From Deltaproteobacteria bacterium (GTDB lineage Bacteria; Desulfobacterota; Binatia; UBA9968; JAJDTQ01): 64,000 bases of DNA. Both the position numbers and the translations under genes were made by a program. This document shows, piece by piece, positions 1 to 8,655 of the stretch. Each line of letters begins with the position of its first letter. Position 1 is the stretch's first letter. The notes below the pieces were generated by a model that made no database searches, had not been told where the DNA came from, and was given only the letters and a program-made list of their open reading frames with translations. Where the stretch lies: NCBI GenBank assembly GCA_028821115.1, contig JAPPHF010000144.1, forward strand, positions 105 to 64,104, written 5' to 3'.

Positions 1-176
1 AAGGCCCACAGCGAGAACAGGAAGGACAGGGTCACCGGCGCGCAGGCAATGAACGCCACCATGCGCTTGCCCGCGCGCTCCTGGATGCGCGCCCCCAGCA
101 GGCCGTTCAGCGCGGCGCCCAGCAGCGGGAAGATCACGATCCAACGCAGAAAATCGGTCTGAACGGGGTTATCCAT
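1..176 (-). CDS. nuoL: NADH-quinone oxidoreductase subunit L, N-terminal fragment. It runs off the window edge.
   Basis: Reverse-complement translation from ATG at 176 gives MDNPVQTDFLRWIVIFPLLGAALNGLLG..., a typical NuoL N-terminus. It sits directly downstream of nuoK. Confidence 0.75.
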   Translation of the reverse strand, partial: MDNPVQTDFLRWIVIFPLLGAALNGLLGARIQERAGKRMVAFIACAPVTLSFLFSLWA

Positions 177-201
177 GCGAAGCTACTCGTGCGGTTGAAT
201 A

Positions 202-534
202 CTAGTCCTTGAGCGTCTCGGTGGCCTCGACGTCGATGGTGCTGAAGAGCTGGTAGATGGCGAGGACGATGGCCAGGCCGATGGCAGCCTCGGAAGCCGC
301 CAGCATGATGATGAACACGGTATAGATCTGACCGTCCACCTGTCCGGTGCTGAAGTGCGAGAAGGCGACGTAGTTCAGTCCCGCCGAGTTCAGGATGAGC
401 TCCACCCCGAGAAGAATGGCGATGGCGTTGCGCCGGGTAAGGACGATGTAGATGCCCAGCGCGAACAGGATGCCCGCCACCACCAGGTAGTGTTCCAGTC
501 CGACGTTCGTCAACGTTGCAGCGTATGCGGCCAT
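202..534 (-). CDS. nuoK: NADH-quinone oxidoreductase subunit K
   Basis: ORF 202..618, trimmed to the internal Met (MAAYAATLTNVGLEHYLVV...). About 110 aa with 3 TM helices and classic NuoK/ND4L sequence. The upstream extension has no homology. Confidence 0.9.
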   Translation of the reverse strand: MAAYAATLTNVGLEHYLVVAGILFALGIYIVLTRRNAIAILLGVELILNSAGLNYVAFSHFSTGQVDGQIYTVFIIMLAASEAAIGLAIVLAIYQLFSTIDVEATETLKD

Positions 535-547
535 CTCGCGAACTCTC

Positions 548-1066
548 TTATTCCTTGATTTCCTTGCGGGACAGCGTGATGGCGCCGATGAGGGCCACCA
601 GCAACACCACTGCGGCAATCTGGAACGGCAGCAGGTAGTCGCCGAGGAAGAGGTTGCCGATCACCGCCGTGGTGGGCGCGAACGCCACTTCCTTCACCCT
701 CACCCAATCGGTCTCGCCGATGGCGTAGACCAGGATGCCCAGGAACACCGCCACCGCCACCAGTGCGGGAATACGGCCCACCGTGCGGTTGGTGATGTCG
801 ATGTCGCTGATCCGGTGGGTCAACATGACCGCGAACAGGATCAGCACCAGGATGCCGCCGACGTAGATCAGCACCTGCACCGCCGCCACGAAGTCGGCGC
901 CGAGGAACACGTAGAGCCCGGCCACTCCGCCGAAGGTGCCCAGCAGCGAGAACGCCGAATGCACGATGTTGCGCGAGAACGCCACGATGCAGGCCGATCC
1001 CACCACAACGAGGGAAACCAGATAGAAGATGAGAACGTCTATGGAAATCTCCATGATCAAAACCAC
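548..1066 (-). CDS. nuoJ: NADH-quinone oxidoreductase subunit J
   Basis: 172-aa hydrophobic NuoJ/ND6-like sequence. The start may instead be the Met at MEISIDV. Confidence 0.85.
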   Translation of the reverse strand: MVLIMEISIDVLIFYLVSLVVVGSACIVAFSRNIVHSAFSLLGTFGGVAGLYVFLGADFVAAVQVLIYVGGILVLILFAVMLTHRISDIDITNRTVGRIPALVAVAVFLGILVYAIGETDWVRVKEVAFAPTTAVIGNLFLGDYLLPFQIAAVVLLVALIGAITLSRKEIKE

Positions 1067-1193
1067 CCTTTAAATGGGAGGACGAGCGGCCCGTAGCGCA
1101 CGAATCGGGCCATCAGAGGTTTGCGCCGCGGCGGGGGGCCAGGAGCCTGTCCGACGAGATAGTCTCGCGAATCCTGACATGCCCTGCAGGCCG

Positions 1194-1733
1194 TCAGTTT
1201 TCCGGCTCGGCTATCTCGTCCATGTACGTTTTTCCGATATCCACCTTCTGAATCATCCGGGGTTCCGTCTCCCCGCCCTTCTTCGGCTTGTAGAGAGGCA
1301 CCTTCTCGGTGATGAAGTGCCGCACAAGACCGGCGGGGTTGTTGCAGGCGCCCTCGAACTCCTGCGTGTGACGGATGGATCCCGTGGGGCAGGCCTCCAT
1401 GCAGAGGCCGCAATACATGCACTTGCAAATGTCGATGTCGAACAGGGTGAAGTCGCGCTGCTTCGTCTCGGCGTTCATCTCGATGCCGATGGCGATGCAG
1501 TTGATGGGGCACACCCGCTCGCACGCCAGACAGCCCGTGCAGATGTCCATGTCGACCTCGAGGATGCCGCGGTAGCGTAGCGGCAGGGTCTCCTGCACCT
1601 GCTGCGCGATGCGGTCGGGGTACTGGACGGTCGACGGCTTTCGGACGAAGTGCGAGAAGGTGATGGTCATCCCCTCGAAGATGCTCCGCACCGTGTCCCT
1701 GACGTTCTGACAGTATTCAATGATTCCGTTCAT
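1194..1733 (-). CDS. nuoI: NADH-quinone oxidoreductase subunit I (2x[4Fe-4S] ferredoxin)
   Basis: Two CxxCxxCxxxCP motifs (CTGCLACERVCP and CMYCGLCMEACP). NuoI-typical length and flanks. Confidence 0.9.
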   Translation of the reverse strand: MNGIIEYCQNVRDTVRSIFEGMTITFSHFVRKPSTVQYPDRIAQQVQETLPLRYRGILEVDMDICTGCLACERVCPINCIAIGIEMNAETKQRDFTLFDIDICKCMYCGLCMEACPTGSIRHTQEFEGACNNPAGLVRHFITEKVPLYKPKKGGETEPRMIQKVDIGKTYMDEIAEPEN

Positions 1734-1766
1734 GGCGTTTTCCCCGGCCGTTGTCGGTCGTTTCCC

Positions 1767-2972
1767 CTATACATACGGCTTGAGATAGAGGGTGGGGCGC
1801 GAGTGCATGATCTGGTAGACCACCCGCCACATGAAATAAAGCACGATGAGACACGACACCGCCAGCGTGGCCATGGTCAGGGCGGTGTTTCCTTCGGGCC
1901 AGATCACCAGCAGCACGATGGTGCCGAACAGGCAGATGAACGACATCGGCACCATGTACTTCCAGCACATGGCCATGAGCTGGTCCACACGAACCCGCGG
2001 CAGGGTGCCCCGCACCCACATGGCGACGAAGGCCCAGAAGTAGGCCTTGACGAAAAAGACCGCGAACTCCAGGACGCCCTTGAGCAGCGGGTGCTCGGCC
2101 ATGGTGACGCCGAAGATCGTCGCCGGTATCTGCCAGCCCCCCAGGAACAGCGTCGCCGCGATGGCGCCGATGACGTACAGGTTGCCCCACTCCGCGAAGA
2201 AGAAGAACAGGAAACGCATGCCGCTGTACTCGGTCACGTAGCCGGCCACCAGCTCGGACTCGGCCTCGGGAATGTCGAAGGGCGTGCGGTTTCCCTCGGC
2301 CAGGGCCGCGGTGAAGAACAGGAAGAAGGCCACCAGGGTGAAGGGGTTGTAGAAGATGAACCAGTCCCAGGGCGCCCATCCCTGGGCCTTGATGATGCCC
2401 TGCATGCTGAGGGTCCCGGACAGGAAGATCACCGTCAGCACCGCGACCCCGGCGGGTATCTCGTAGCTGACGATCTGGGCGGCGGAGCGCATGCCCCCCA
2501 ACAGCGACCACTTGTTGTTGGACGACCAGCCCGCCATCAGGATTCCCACCACCACCAGGGAGGTGATGGCCAGGAGGTAGAGGATGCCGATGTTGAGATC
2601 AGCGGGGATCAGCCAGCTTCCGAAAGGGATGACGACGAAGGCGCCGAGGAACCCCGAGAAGACGACATAGGGCGCCAGCAGAAACAGCTTCCTGTCGGCC
2701 GACGCCGGGATGATGTCCTCTTTCTGGATGTTCTTGACCCCGTCCGCCAGCCACTGAAGAATTCCCTGCGGACCCACCCGGTTGGGACCAACCCGGGACT
2801 GCATGCGCGCCCACACGCGCCGCTCGAGCCAGCTCGTCACGCCGGCCAGCGGCGCCACGAAGAACGACAGCACGGCGAAGGCAACCGCCACCGCCGCCAG
2901 GGCATAGCCCAGCGCCGCCGGGACGGCGCCCGGCAACAACGTCGCGATCAGGTCTTGTACGGTGAAATCCAT
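1767..2972 (-). CDS. nuoH: NADH-quinone oxidoreductase subunit H
   Basis: 401-aa polytopic membrane protein with strong NuoH/ND1 sequence character. Confidence 0.9.
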   Translation of the reverse strand: MDFTVQDLIATLLPGAVPAALGYALAAVAVAFAVLSFFVAPLAGVTSWLERRVWARMQSRVGPNRVGPQGILQWLADGVKNIQKEDIIPASADRKLFLLAPYVVFSGFLGAFVVIPFGSWLIPADLNIGILYLLAITSLVVVGILMAGWSSNNKWSLLGGMRSAAQIVSYEIPAGVAVLTVIFLSGTLSMQGIIKAQGWAPWDWFIFYNPFTLVAFFLFFTAALAEGNRTPFDIPEAESELVAGYVTEYSGMRFLFFFFAEWGNLYVIGAIAATLFLGGWQIPATIFGVTMAEHPLLKGVLEFAVFFVKAYFWAFVAMWVRGTLPRVRVDQLMAMCWKYMVPMSFICLFGTIVLLVIWPEGNTALTMATLAVSCLIVLYFMWRVVYQIMHSRPTLYLKPYV

Positions 2973-2982
2973 CTCGGTGACA

Positions 2983-4119
2983 CTAGCGGTCGATCTCGGG
3001 GGCGTCCACGTCGAGGCTCGCGATCAGCGCGATCAGATCGGCCACCATGATGCCCGGACTGATCTTGTCGATGATGCTCATGGCGGTGAACGACCCGGTG
3101 CGAATCCTCACCCGGTAGGGGTACTCGCTGCCGTCGCTGACCACGTAGTAGCCCATGTCGCCGCGCGGCGCCTCGATGCGTACGTAGGTTTCGCCGGCGG
3201 GCGGCTTGAACTTGCGCGCCACCTTGGCGACGGCCGGGCCGTCGGGCATCTTGTCGAGGCACTGCCGGAGGATCTTGCAGCTCTCCATCAGCTCGCGGAT
3301 GCGCACGTAGTAGCGGTCGTAGGAGTCCCCCAGGGTGCCGCGCTCGCCGCGCCCCACCGGCACCTCGAAGTCGAGCTCGGGATAGACCGAGTAAGGGATG
3401 TCCCGCCGGATGTCCCACTGGACGCCGGAGGCCCGCAGGTTGGGACCCACGAGGTTGTACTGGAGGGCGTCCTCCTTGGAGATCACCGCGACGTTGGCCA
3501 GCCGCTCGATGAAGATCTTGTTGTACGAAAGCAGCCGGTTGTACTCGTCGACGATGGGCTCGAAGTGGTCCAGGAACGCGGTGATCCGCGCGCACGTCTC
3601 CGGCTTGATGTCGTAGCCGACGCCGCCGATCCGGAGGTAGTTGTAGGTGAGGCGGGCGCCGCAGATCTCCTCCATGAGGTCGTTGATGCTCTCCCGCTCC
3701 CGGAGCGCGTGCAGGAAGGGGGTGATGGCGCCGATGTCCTGCCCGAAGGTCCCCACCGCGATCAGGTGGCTAGCGACGCGGTTGAGCTCGCAGGCGATCA
3801 CCCGGCAGTACTCGCCCCGGGGCGGCACCTCGACGTCGCCCAGCCGCTCGGCCGCCATGCAGAAGCCCTGGTTGGCGAACATGGCGGCGAGGTAGTCGGC
3901 CCGGTCGGTGTAGGGAACGTAGCCGTGCCACGTGCACTTCTCGCCGATTTTCTCGATGGAGCGGTGCAGGTAGCCGACGTCGGGGATGGCCTCGTTGATG
4001 ACCTCGCCGTCCGTCTTCACCACGAACCGCAGCACCCCGTGGGTGCTCGGATGCTGCGGTCCCACGTTCAGGGTCATGTCTTCTGTGTGCAAGCCGGTGC
4101 CGGCGGCATCCTCGCTCAT
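2983..4119 (-). CDS. nuoD: NADH-quinone oxidoreductase subunit D (49 kDa)
   Basis: [15 protein letters not shown] ... [17 protein letters not shown] motifs of NuoD. Confidence 0.92.
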   Translation of the reverse strand: MSEDAAGTGLHTEDMTLNVGPQHPSTHGVLRFVVKTDGEVINEAIPDVGYLHRSIEKIGEKCTWHGYVPYTDRADYLAAMFANQGFCMAAERLGDVEVPPRGEYCRVIACELNRVASHLIAVGTFGQDIGAITPFLHALRERESINDLMEEICGARLTYNYLRIGGVGYDIKPETCARITAFLDHFEPIVDEYNRLLSYNKIFIERLANVAVISKEDALQYNLVGPNLRASGVQWDIRRDIPYSVYPELDFEVPVGRGERGTLGDSYDRYYVRIRELMESCKILRQCLDKMPDGPAVAKVARKFKPPAGETYVRIEAPRGDMGYYVVSDGSEYPYRVRIRTGSFTAMSIIDKISPGIMVADLIALIASLDVDAPEIDR

Positions 4120-4143
4120 GATATCCGTCCTCCGCTGCCGCGG

Positions 4144-4650
4144 TCAGCGCATGTTCTCCGGGACCAACGGCTCGCGCTCGGTGCTGATGCCGTCGTACTC
4201 TTCCTGCTCCACGAAGTCCTTGCGCAGGGGATAGCCCACCCAGTCCTCGGGCAGCAGGATGCGCCGCAGGTCCGAATGCCCTTCGAAGACGACCCCGAAG
4301 AGGTCGAACACCTCGCGCTCGAACCAGTTGGCGACCTTCCAGACGCCCTCCACGGTGGCGATCCGGGATGCATCCCGGTCCACGTCGGCCTTGATCACGA
4401 TCTGCTGTTGAGGCTCGTAGGAGAACAGGTGGTAGACGATCTGTATGACGTTCTCGGTGGGCAGATCCACCGCCGTCAGGTCGGAAAGCACGCTGAACTT
4501 GAGCGCCCCGTCGTCCCGCAGCGCCAGGCACACCTCCTTGAGACTGGCCGCGTTGACCTTGAAGAACGGATCCAGACACTCTTCATCAAGGTCGGTGGCG
4601 GCGCCGGGGCAAAGCTCGTTCACGCGCTCGAATATCTCTTTTGCCGTCAT
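4144..4650 (-). CDS. nuoC: NADH-quinone oxidoreductase subunit C (30 kDa)
   Basis: 168-aa NuoC-like sequence (WFEREVFDLFGVVFEGH). Confidence 0.9.
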   Translation of the reverse strand: MTAKEIFERVNELCPGAATDLDEECLDPFFKVNAASLKEVCLALRDDGALKFSVLSDLTAVDLPTENVIQIVYHLFSYEPQQQIVIKADVDRDASRIATVEGVWKVANWFEREVFDLFGVVFEGHSDLRRILLPEDWVGYPLRKDFVEQEEYDGISTEREPLVPENMR

Positions 4651-4690
4651 GTCGTCGATACCTGCCTGGTGGCTGTCCGTTGTGAGATGC

Positions 4691-5068
4691 CTAGCTCTTC
4701 ACCCACTCCAGGTCGCCCTTGCACCAGTCGTAGATGAGGCCCAGGAACACGATGAGGGTGAAGACGGCGATGGCGCCGAACGCGAACAGTCCCGCGTCGT
4801 TCTGAAGCCAGTCGCGGAACACGACCGCCACCGGGAAGATGAAGGCGATCTCCACCTCGAAGATGATGAAGATCAGGGCGATGAAGTAGAACCGGACGTT
4901 GAAGTTGACCCACGCGCTCCCGGACGCGGGCTCGCCGCACTCGTAGGTGGAGAGCTTGCGGAGCTGGGGATTGGAAGGCCGCAGCAGGCGGCCGATCAAC
5001 AGGTTGACCCAGACGAAGGCCGCACCCAACAACGTAAAAACCAGCACGCTGGCGAAGTCAAAAAGCAT
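4691..5068 (-). CDS. nuoA: NADH-quinone oxidoreductase subunit A
   Basis: 125 aa with 3 TM helices and NuoA/ND3 sequence (YECGE...FDVEIAFIFP-like). Only 40 nt separate it from nuoC, so there is no nuoB. Confidence 0.88.
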   Translation of the reverse strand: MLFDFASVLVFTLLGAAFVWVNLLIGRLLRPSNPQLRKLSTYECGEPASGSAWVNFNVRFYFIALIFIIFEVEIAFIFPVAVVFRDWLQNDAGLFAFGAIAVFTLIVFLGLIYDWCKGDLEWVKS

Positions 5069-5252
5069 GGTTCCTCGGGTAAGATAAAGAAATCAATAAT
5101 TTTTTGCAGACGGTCACTATATACACAAAAGCCGTTGCCGGTCAACAAACCGGCCCCTGCTCCCCGCCGGCATCCTTACACTGCCCAACCATTCCTGTTA
5201 CCTTATCCCGTGGCCGGCGTCGACCGGCACGACACGGGAGAGATCGAACGCC

Positions 5253-6245
5253 ATGGCAAGAGTAAGCATCACCGTCGCCTGCTGGGACTATGACCGTACG
5301 CGCCCCTTGCAGGAGGGCCGCGTTCCGGTGGAAGGGGTCGACCTGACCTACCTGCCGTTCCGCGTGGAGGAAACCTTCTGGCGCATGCTGCGCTACCAGG
5401 ATTTCGACGCCGCCGAGATGTCCATGGGCTCCTACATGATGTCCCGGGACAAGGGCACGCCGCGGTTCGTGGCGATCCCGGTGTTTCCCTCCCGCGCGTT
5501 CCGGCACTCCGGCATCTACATCCATACCGGCTCGGGAATCAAGGAAGCCGCCGACCTCACGGGCAAGCGGGTCGGCGTCCCCGAGTACCAGATGACCGCG
5601 GCCATCTGGCAACGCGGCATCCTGCAGCACGAGTACGGCGTGGATCTCGAGAAGGTGAACTGGTTCACGGGCGGCGAAGAGACGCCCGGACGGGAGGAAA
5701 AGCTCCGTCCCGACCTGCCCGAGACCCTCTCCATCACCCCCATCGGCCCGGACCAGACTCTCTCCTCCATGCTGGAGAGCGGCGACATCGACGCGCTGAT
5801 CTCGGCCCACATGCCGTCGCCTTTCGTGCGTCGCTCGCCCAAGGTGGCGCGGCTGTTCCCGGACTTCCGCTCAGTGGAGGAGGATTACTTCCGGAAGACG
5901 GGAATCTTCCCCATCATGCACACCGTGGTCTTCCGGGAGGACGTGTACGAGTGCCATCCCTGGGTAGCACAGAACCTCTACAAGGCCTTCTGCGAGTCCA
6001 AGCGGCTCTGCGCGGAGGCCATGTACGAATACTCCGCGCTCAAGTACATGCTGGCCTGGTCCGTCGAGCAGATGGAGAAGGAGAAAGAGGTCCTGGGACC
6101 GGACCCCTGGGCCTACGGCCTGGAAGCCAACCGCAATGTCCTGGAGACGCTGGTGGGCTACGCCCACGAGCAGGGCCTCACCAAGCAACTGCTCGATGTC
6201 GACAGCCTGTTCGCGCCCAGCACGCTGAACGAGTTCAAGGTGTAG
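5253..6245 (+). CDS. NMT1/THI5-like periplasmic-binding-fold protein of the 4,5-dihydroxyphthalate decarboxylase-like family
   Basis: The N-terminus ITVACWDYDRTRPLQEGRVPVEGVDLTYLPFRVEETFWRM matches the PhtD-like family as I recall it. It is a 330-aa cytoplasmic protein. Confidence 0.55.
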   Translation: MARVSITVACWDYDRTRPLQEGRVPVEGVDLTYLPFRVEETFWRMLRYQDFDAAEMSMGSYMMSRDKGTPRFVAIPVFPSRAFRHSGIYIHTGSGIKEAADLTGKRVGVPEYQMTAAIWQRGILQHEYGVDLEKVNWFTGGEETPGREEKLRPDLPETLSITPIGPDQTLSSMLESGDIDALISAHMPSPFVRRSPKVARLFPDFRSVEEDYFRKTGIFPIMHTVVFREDVYECHPWVAQNLYKAFCESKRLCAEAMYEYSALKYMLAWSVEQMEKEKEVLGPDPWAYGLEANRNVLETLVGYAHEQGLTKQLLDVDSLFAPSTLNEFKV

Positions 6246-6344
6246 GGGCAGGACCCGGCTCCGAGGTTGTAGGGGCGGGTTTCAACCCGTCCGCGACCGA
6301 GACCGGCAGCCCGTCCGACCGACCGGAACCGTTACGAGGACGCC

Positions 6345-6932
6345 ATGTCCGACGCCGACAAACCCGACGCCGAAGCCCCAGCAACGGAAACAAAGGATTC
6401 CGCCGGCGAGCCGGACGCCTCCGTCCAGGAGGTGAAGTGGTGGATCGACACCGGAACCAAGCGCCAGCCGGAATCCGGTGAACGAGCCCCCATAGGCGTG
6501 ATCGAGCGCTGGGCCTTCGAGCTGCTGAAGGACTACCGCCAGGAGCGCGCGCTCCAGAACATCGTCGACATCAACGGCCAAGTCCTGCGGCAGCTCTCCG
6601 ATAACGAGGACCGCTGGGTGTACGTCTCCCTGGGCGTCGGCGAGTTCCCCCAGAAACGCCTCAACTACATCAAGGACGCGCTGCGAATCCCTCGCTACGC
6701 CCGCGCCCTTGCCATCGACGCGGGCTACTCCGTCCGCGTCCTCATCACCGGCAACCCCCCCGGCGAGAAGGTCCTGGATATCAACTTCACCGAGGCCCCG
6801 TCACTGGACTACTGGACCAACGGCGAGCTCATCGAGGAGCAGTTGTTCCGCTCCATCGACGACGCCCTCAAGCGGCTACGAAACTCGATCCACAGGTACC
6901 TGCGCAAGAACTCCGTCGACACGCCGGCATAA
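6345..6932 (+). CDS. Hypothetical protein (no recognisable domain)
   Basis: Clean 195-aa ORF with plausible codon usage in an intergenic-free slot. No motif recognised. Confidence 0.5.
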   Translation: MSDADKPDAEAPATETKDSAGEPDASVQEVKWWIDTGTKRQPESGERAPIGVIERWAFELLKDYRQERALQNIVDINGQVLRQLSDNEDRWVYVSLGVGEFPQKRLNYIKDALRIPRYARALAIDAGYSVRVLITGNPPGEKVLDINFTEAPSLDYWTNGELIEEQLFRSIDDALKRLRNSIHRYLRKNSVDTPA

Positions 6933-7039
6933 CCGCCCGCGGCACGGCCGACAGTCCTGCAAGCAGTGGGGCGGCAGAACCGGCGGCTGTAGTGCGGAGC
7001 CTGCCGCCGGGGACATGGGCGGCATGCGACCCGGACGGT

Positions 7040-8080
7040 TCACCCGACGAGAGCACCGAACACCACACCGCTCAGGATGGCGCCGGCGATGCCGAAGGCC
7101 ACATAGGCGGCGAACACCTGCCGCCGTACCAGCGCCCACACGGCGACCATGGCCGGGATGCTGCTCACGGACCCCGCGACCATGAACGCCATTGCCGCTC
7201 CAGCGCTCATGCCCTGTTGCATGAGGCCGGCGACCAGAGCGGGTGCGGCATATCCGTTCAGGTAAGCCGGCGCACTGACCAGTGCACCCATCACGATGGG
7301 CGCGAGACCATCCCCGCCGACAACCCCCGCGATCATGCGGGCCGGCACGTACGTGATGAGCAACGCCTCGAGAAGATAGGCGAACGCGAGCCACTTGACG
7401 AGAAACCGCGCGTTCGAGAACGCTTCGGAGCGGAACGTCGCCACCCGCGACGCCTCGCGCCAGAACTGCCATACGGTACCGCCCGTCGCGAACGTGCTTT
7501 CGCAACCGCCACAGGCAACACCCGCGTCTTTACGCAACGGGGAGGCGAAGGCTTCCCGCCGGGCGAGGAGGCGCACCCCAAAGCCCCCGAACAACCCCAG
7601 CGCCACAGCCGCGGCCGCCTTGCTCGCCGCGAAGTCCCAGCCGAGGGCAGCGGCGGTGATGAGCACGGTCGGCGGATCAACGAGCGGGGAGGACAGCCAA
7701 AACGCCATGATCGCGGAGATCGGCGCGCCGGCCGCGAGAAGGGCCGCGATGAAGGGGATGACGTCGCACGAGCAGAAGGGGGCGAGGCTGCCGAGGAGCG
7801 CCGCCAGCACGATCATGCGCGTCTCACGGCCCTCGAAGGCGCGCGCGACCAGTGTCGCCGCCCCAGCGGCCTTGAGGCCGGCGATGAGCGCGACTGCCGC
7901 AACGACATACGGCAGCGTTCCCACGAACGAGCCGACGGCGATGTGCAGGATGCCGGCGAGGCTCGGCAGGTCGATGGCCGCCACGGCAAGGGGGAGGGCG
8001 AGGATGACCCCCCACACGGACACCAATCCCTTGACCCCGGTATGCAGCCCGCCGATACCGCGAAGTGCCAATTCCGTCAC
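7040..8080 (-). CDS. arsP: ArsP-type permease (PF03773, putative organoarsenical efflux)
   Basis: 346-aa polytopic protein with the LAPFCSCDVIPF motif (the TPFcSCS-like signature of ArsP/YraQ permeases). It overlaps the arsR stop by 4 nt. Confidence 0.7.
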   Translation of the reverse strand: MTELALRGIGGLHTGVKGLVSVWGVILALPLAVAAIDLPSLAGILHIAVGSFVGTLPYVVAAVALIAGLKAAGAATLVARAFEGRETRMIVLAALLGSLAPFCSCDVIPFIAALLAAGAPISAIMAFWLSSPLVDPPTVLITAAALGWDFAASKAAAAVALGLFGGFGVRLLARREAFASPLRKDAGVACGGCESTFATGGTVWQFWREASRVATFRSEAFSNARFLVKWLAFAYLLEALLITYVPARMIAGVVGGDGLAPIVMGALVSAPAYLNGYAAPALVAGLMQQGMSAGAAMAFMVAGSVSSIPAMVAVWALVRRQVFAAYVAFGIAGAILSGVVFGALVG

Positions 8081-8454
8081 GACGGTTCACTCCTTAAGGC
8101 GACGAGCGCGGCGCGCGCCTGACGTGATGGCCTGGCATCGGCGCAGCATTCGTCGAGCAGAAAAGCCGCAAGGGCTTCGATGTGGGGGTAGACGGCGCGA
8201 CTGACCACGGCGCGGCCCTTGCGTTCCTGCGTCACCAGTCCGCCCGCGGCGAGGAATCGCAGATGATGGGCGAGTGTCGAGGCCGGCAAGCCGGAGCGCT
8301 GCTGGATCTGTCCGACGGTGAGTCCCTCGTCGCCGGCGCGCACGAGAAGGCGAAGCACCATGAGCCTCGGTTCGGATCCGCACGCGGCGAATCCCTGCGC
8401 GGCTTCCTCGTTGGAGAGTGTAAGGGTCGACTTGGTTTCGCGTTTCGTATTCAT
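8077..8454 (-). CDS. arsR: ArsR/SmtB family transcriptional regulator
   Basis: wHTH core (LTVGQIQQRSGLPASTLAHHLRFLAAGGLV). A C-terminal ECC cysteine pair resembles As(III)-binding ArsR variants. The start was trimmed to MNTKRE, immediately downstream of an AT-rich promoter-like segment at 8455-8495. Confidence 0.75.
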   Translation of the reverse strand: MNTKRETKSTLTLSNEEAAQGFAACGSEPRLMVLRLLVRAGDEGLTVGQIQQRSGLPASTLAHHLRFLAAGGLVTQERKGRAVVSRAVYPHIEALAAFLLDECCADARPSRQARAALVALRSEPS

Positions 8455-8655
8455 AAAACTAGATATATAGTTATATTGTTCTGATGTCAACTCCGGCGGT
8501 TGCATCAGGCCTCCGAGCAATCTGCCGGCTATGGCTTGCGCCACGACGGCCGCAGGAATACTCGGGGGCGACCCGTCACGTGCTATGCGACCGGTCCGGT
8601 TCTATGTCTGCTGGAAAGCTGGTTCAGTTCCGATAGCCCGGTAGGGGCGAGGGCG

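Noticed and set aside
1650-4737. Long plus-strand ORFs (1650..3050 at 466 aa, 2962..4737 at 591 aa) and many other 60-400-aa ORFs antisense to or out of frame with the nuo genes
   Set aside because: They overlap strongly conserved genes on the other strand. They are rich in Arg/Gly/Pro/His as expected for non-coding frames in high-GC DNA. They have no homology signal.
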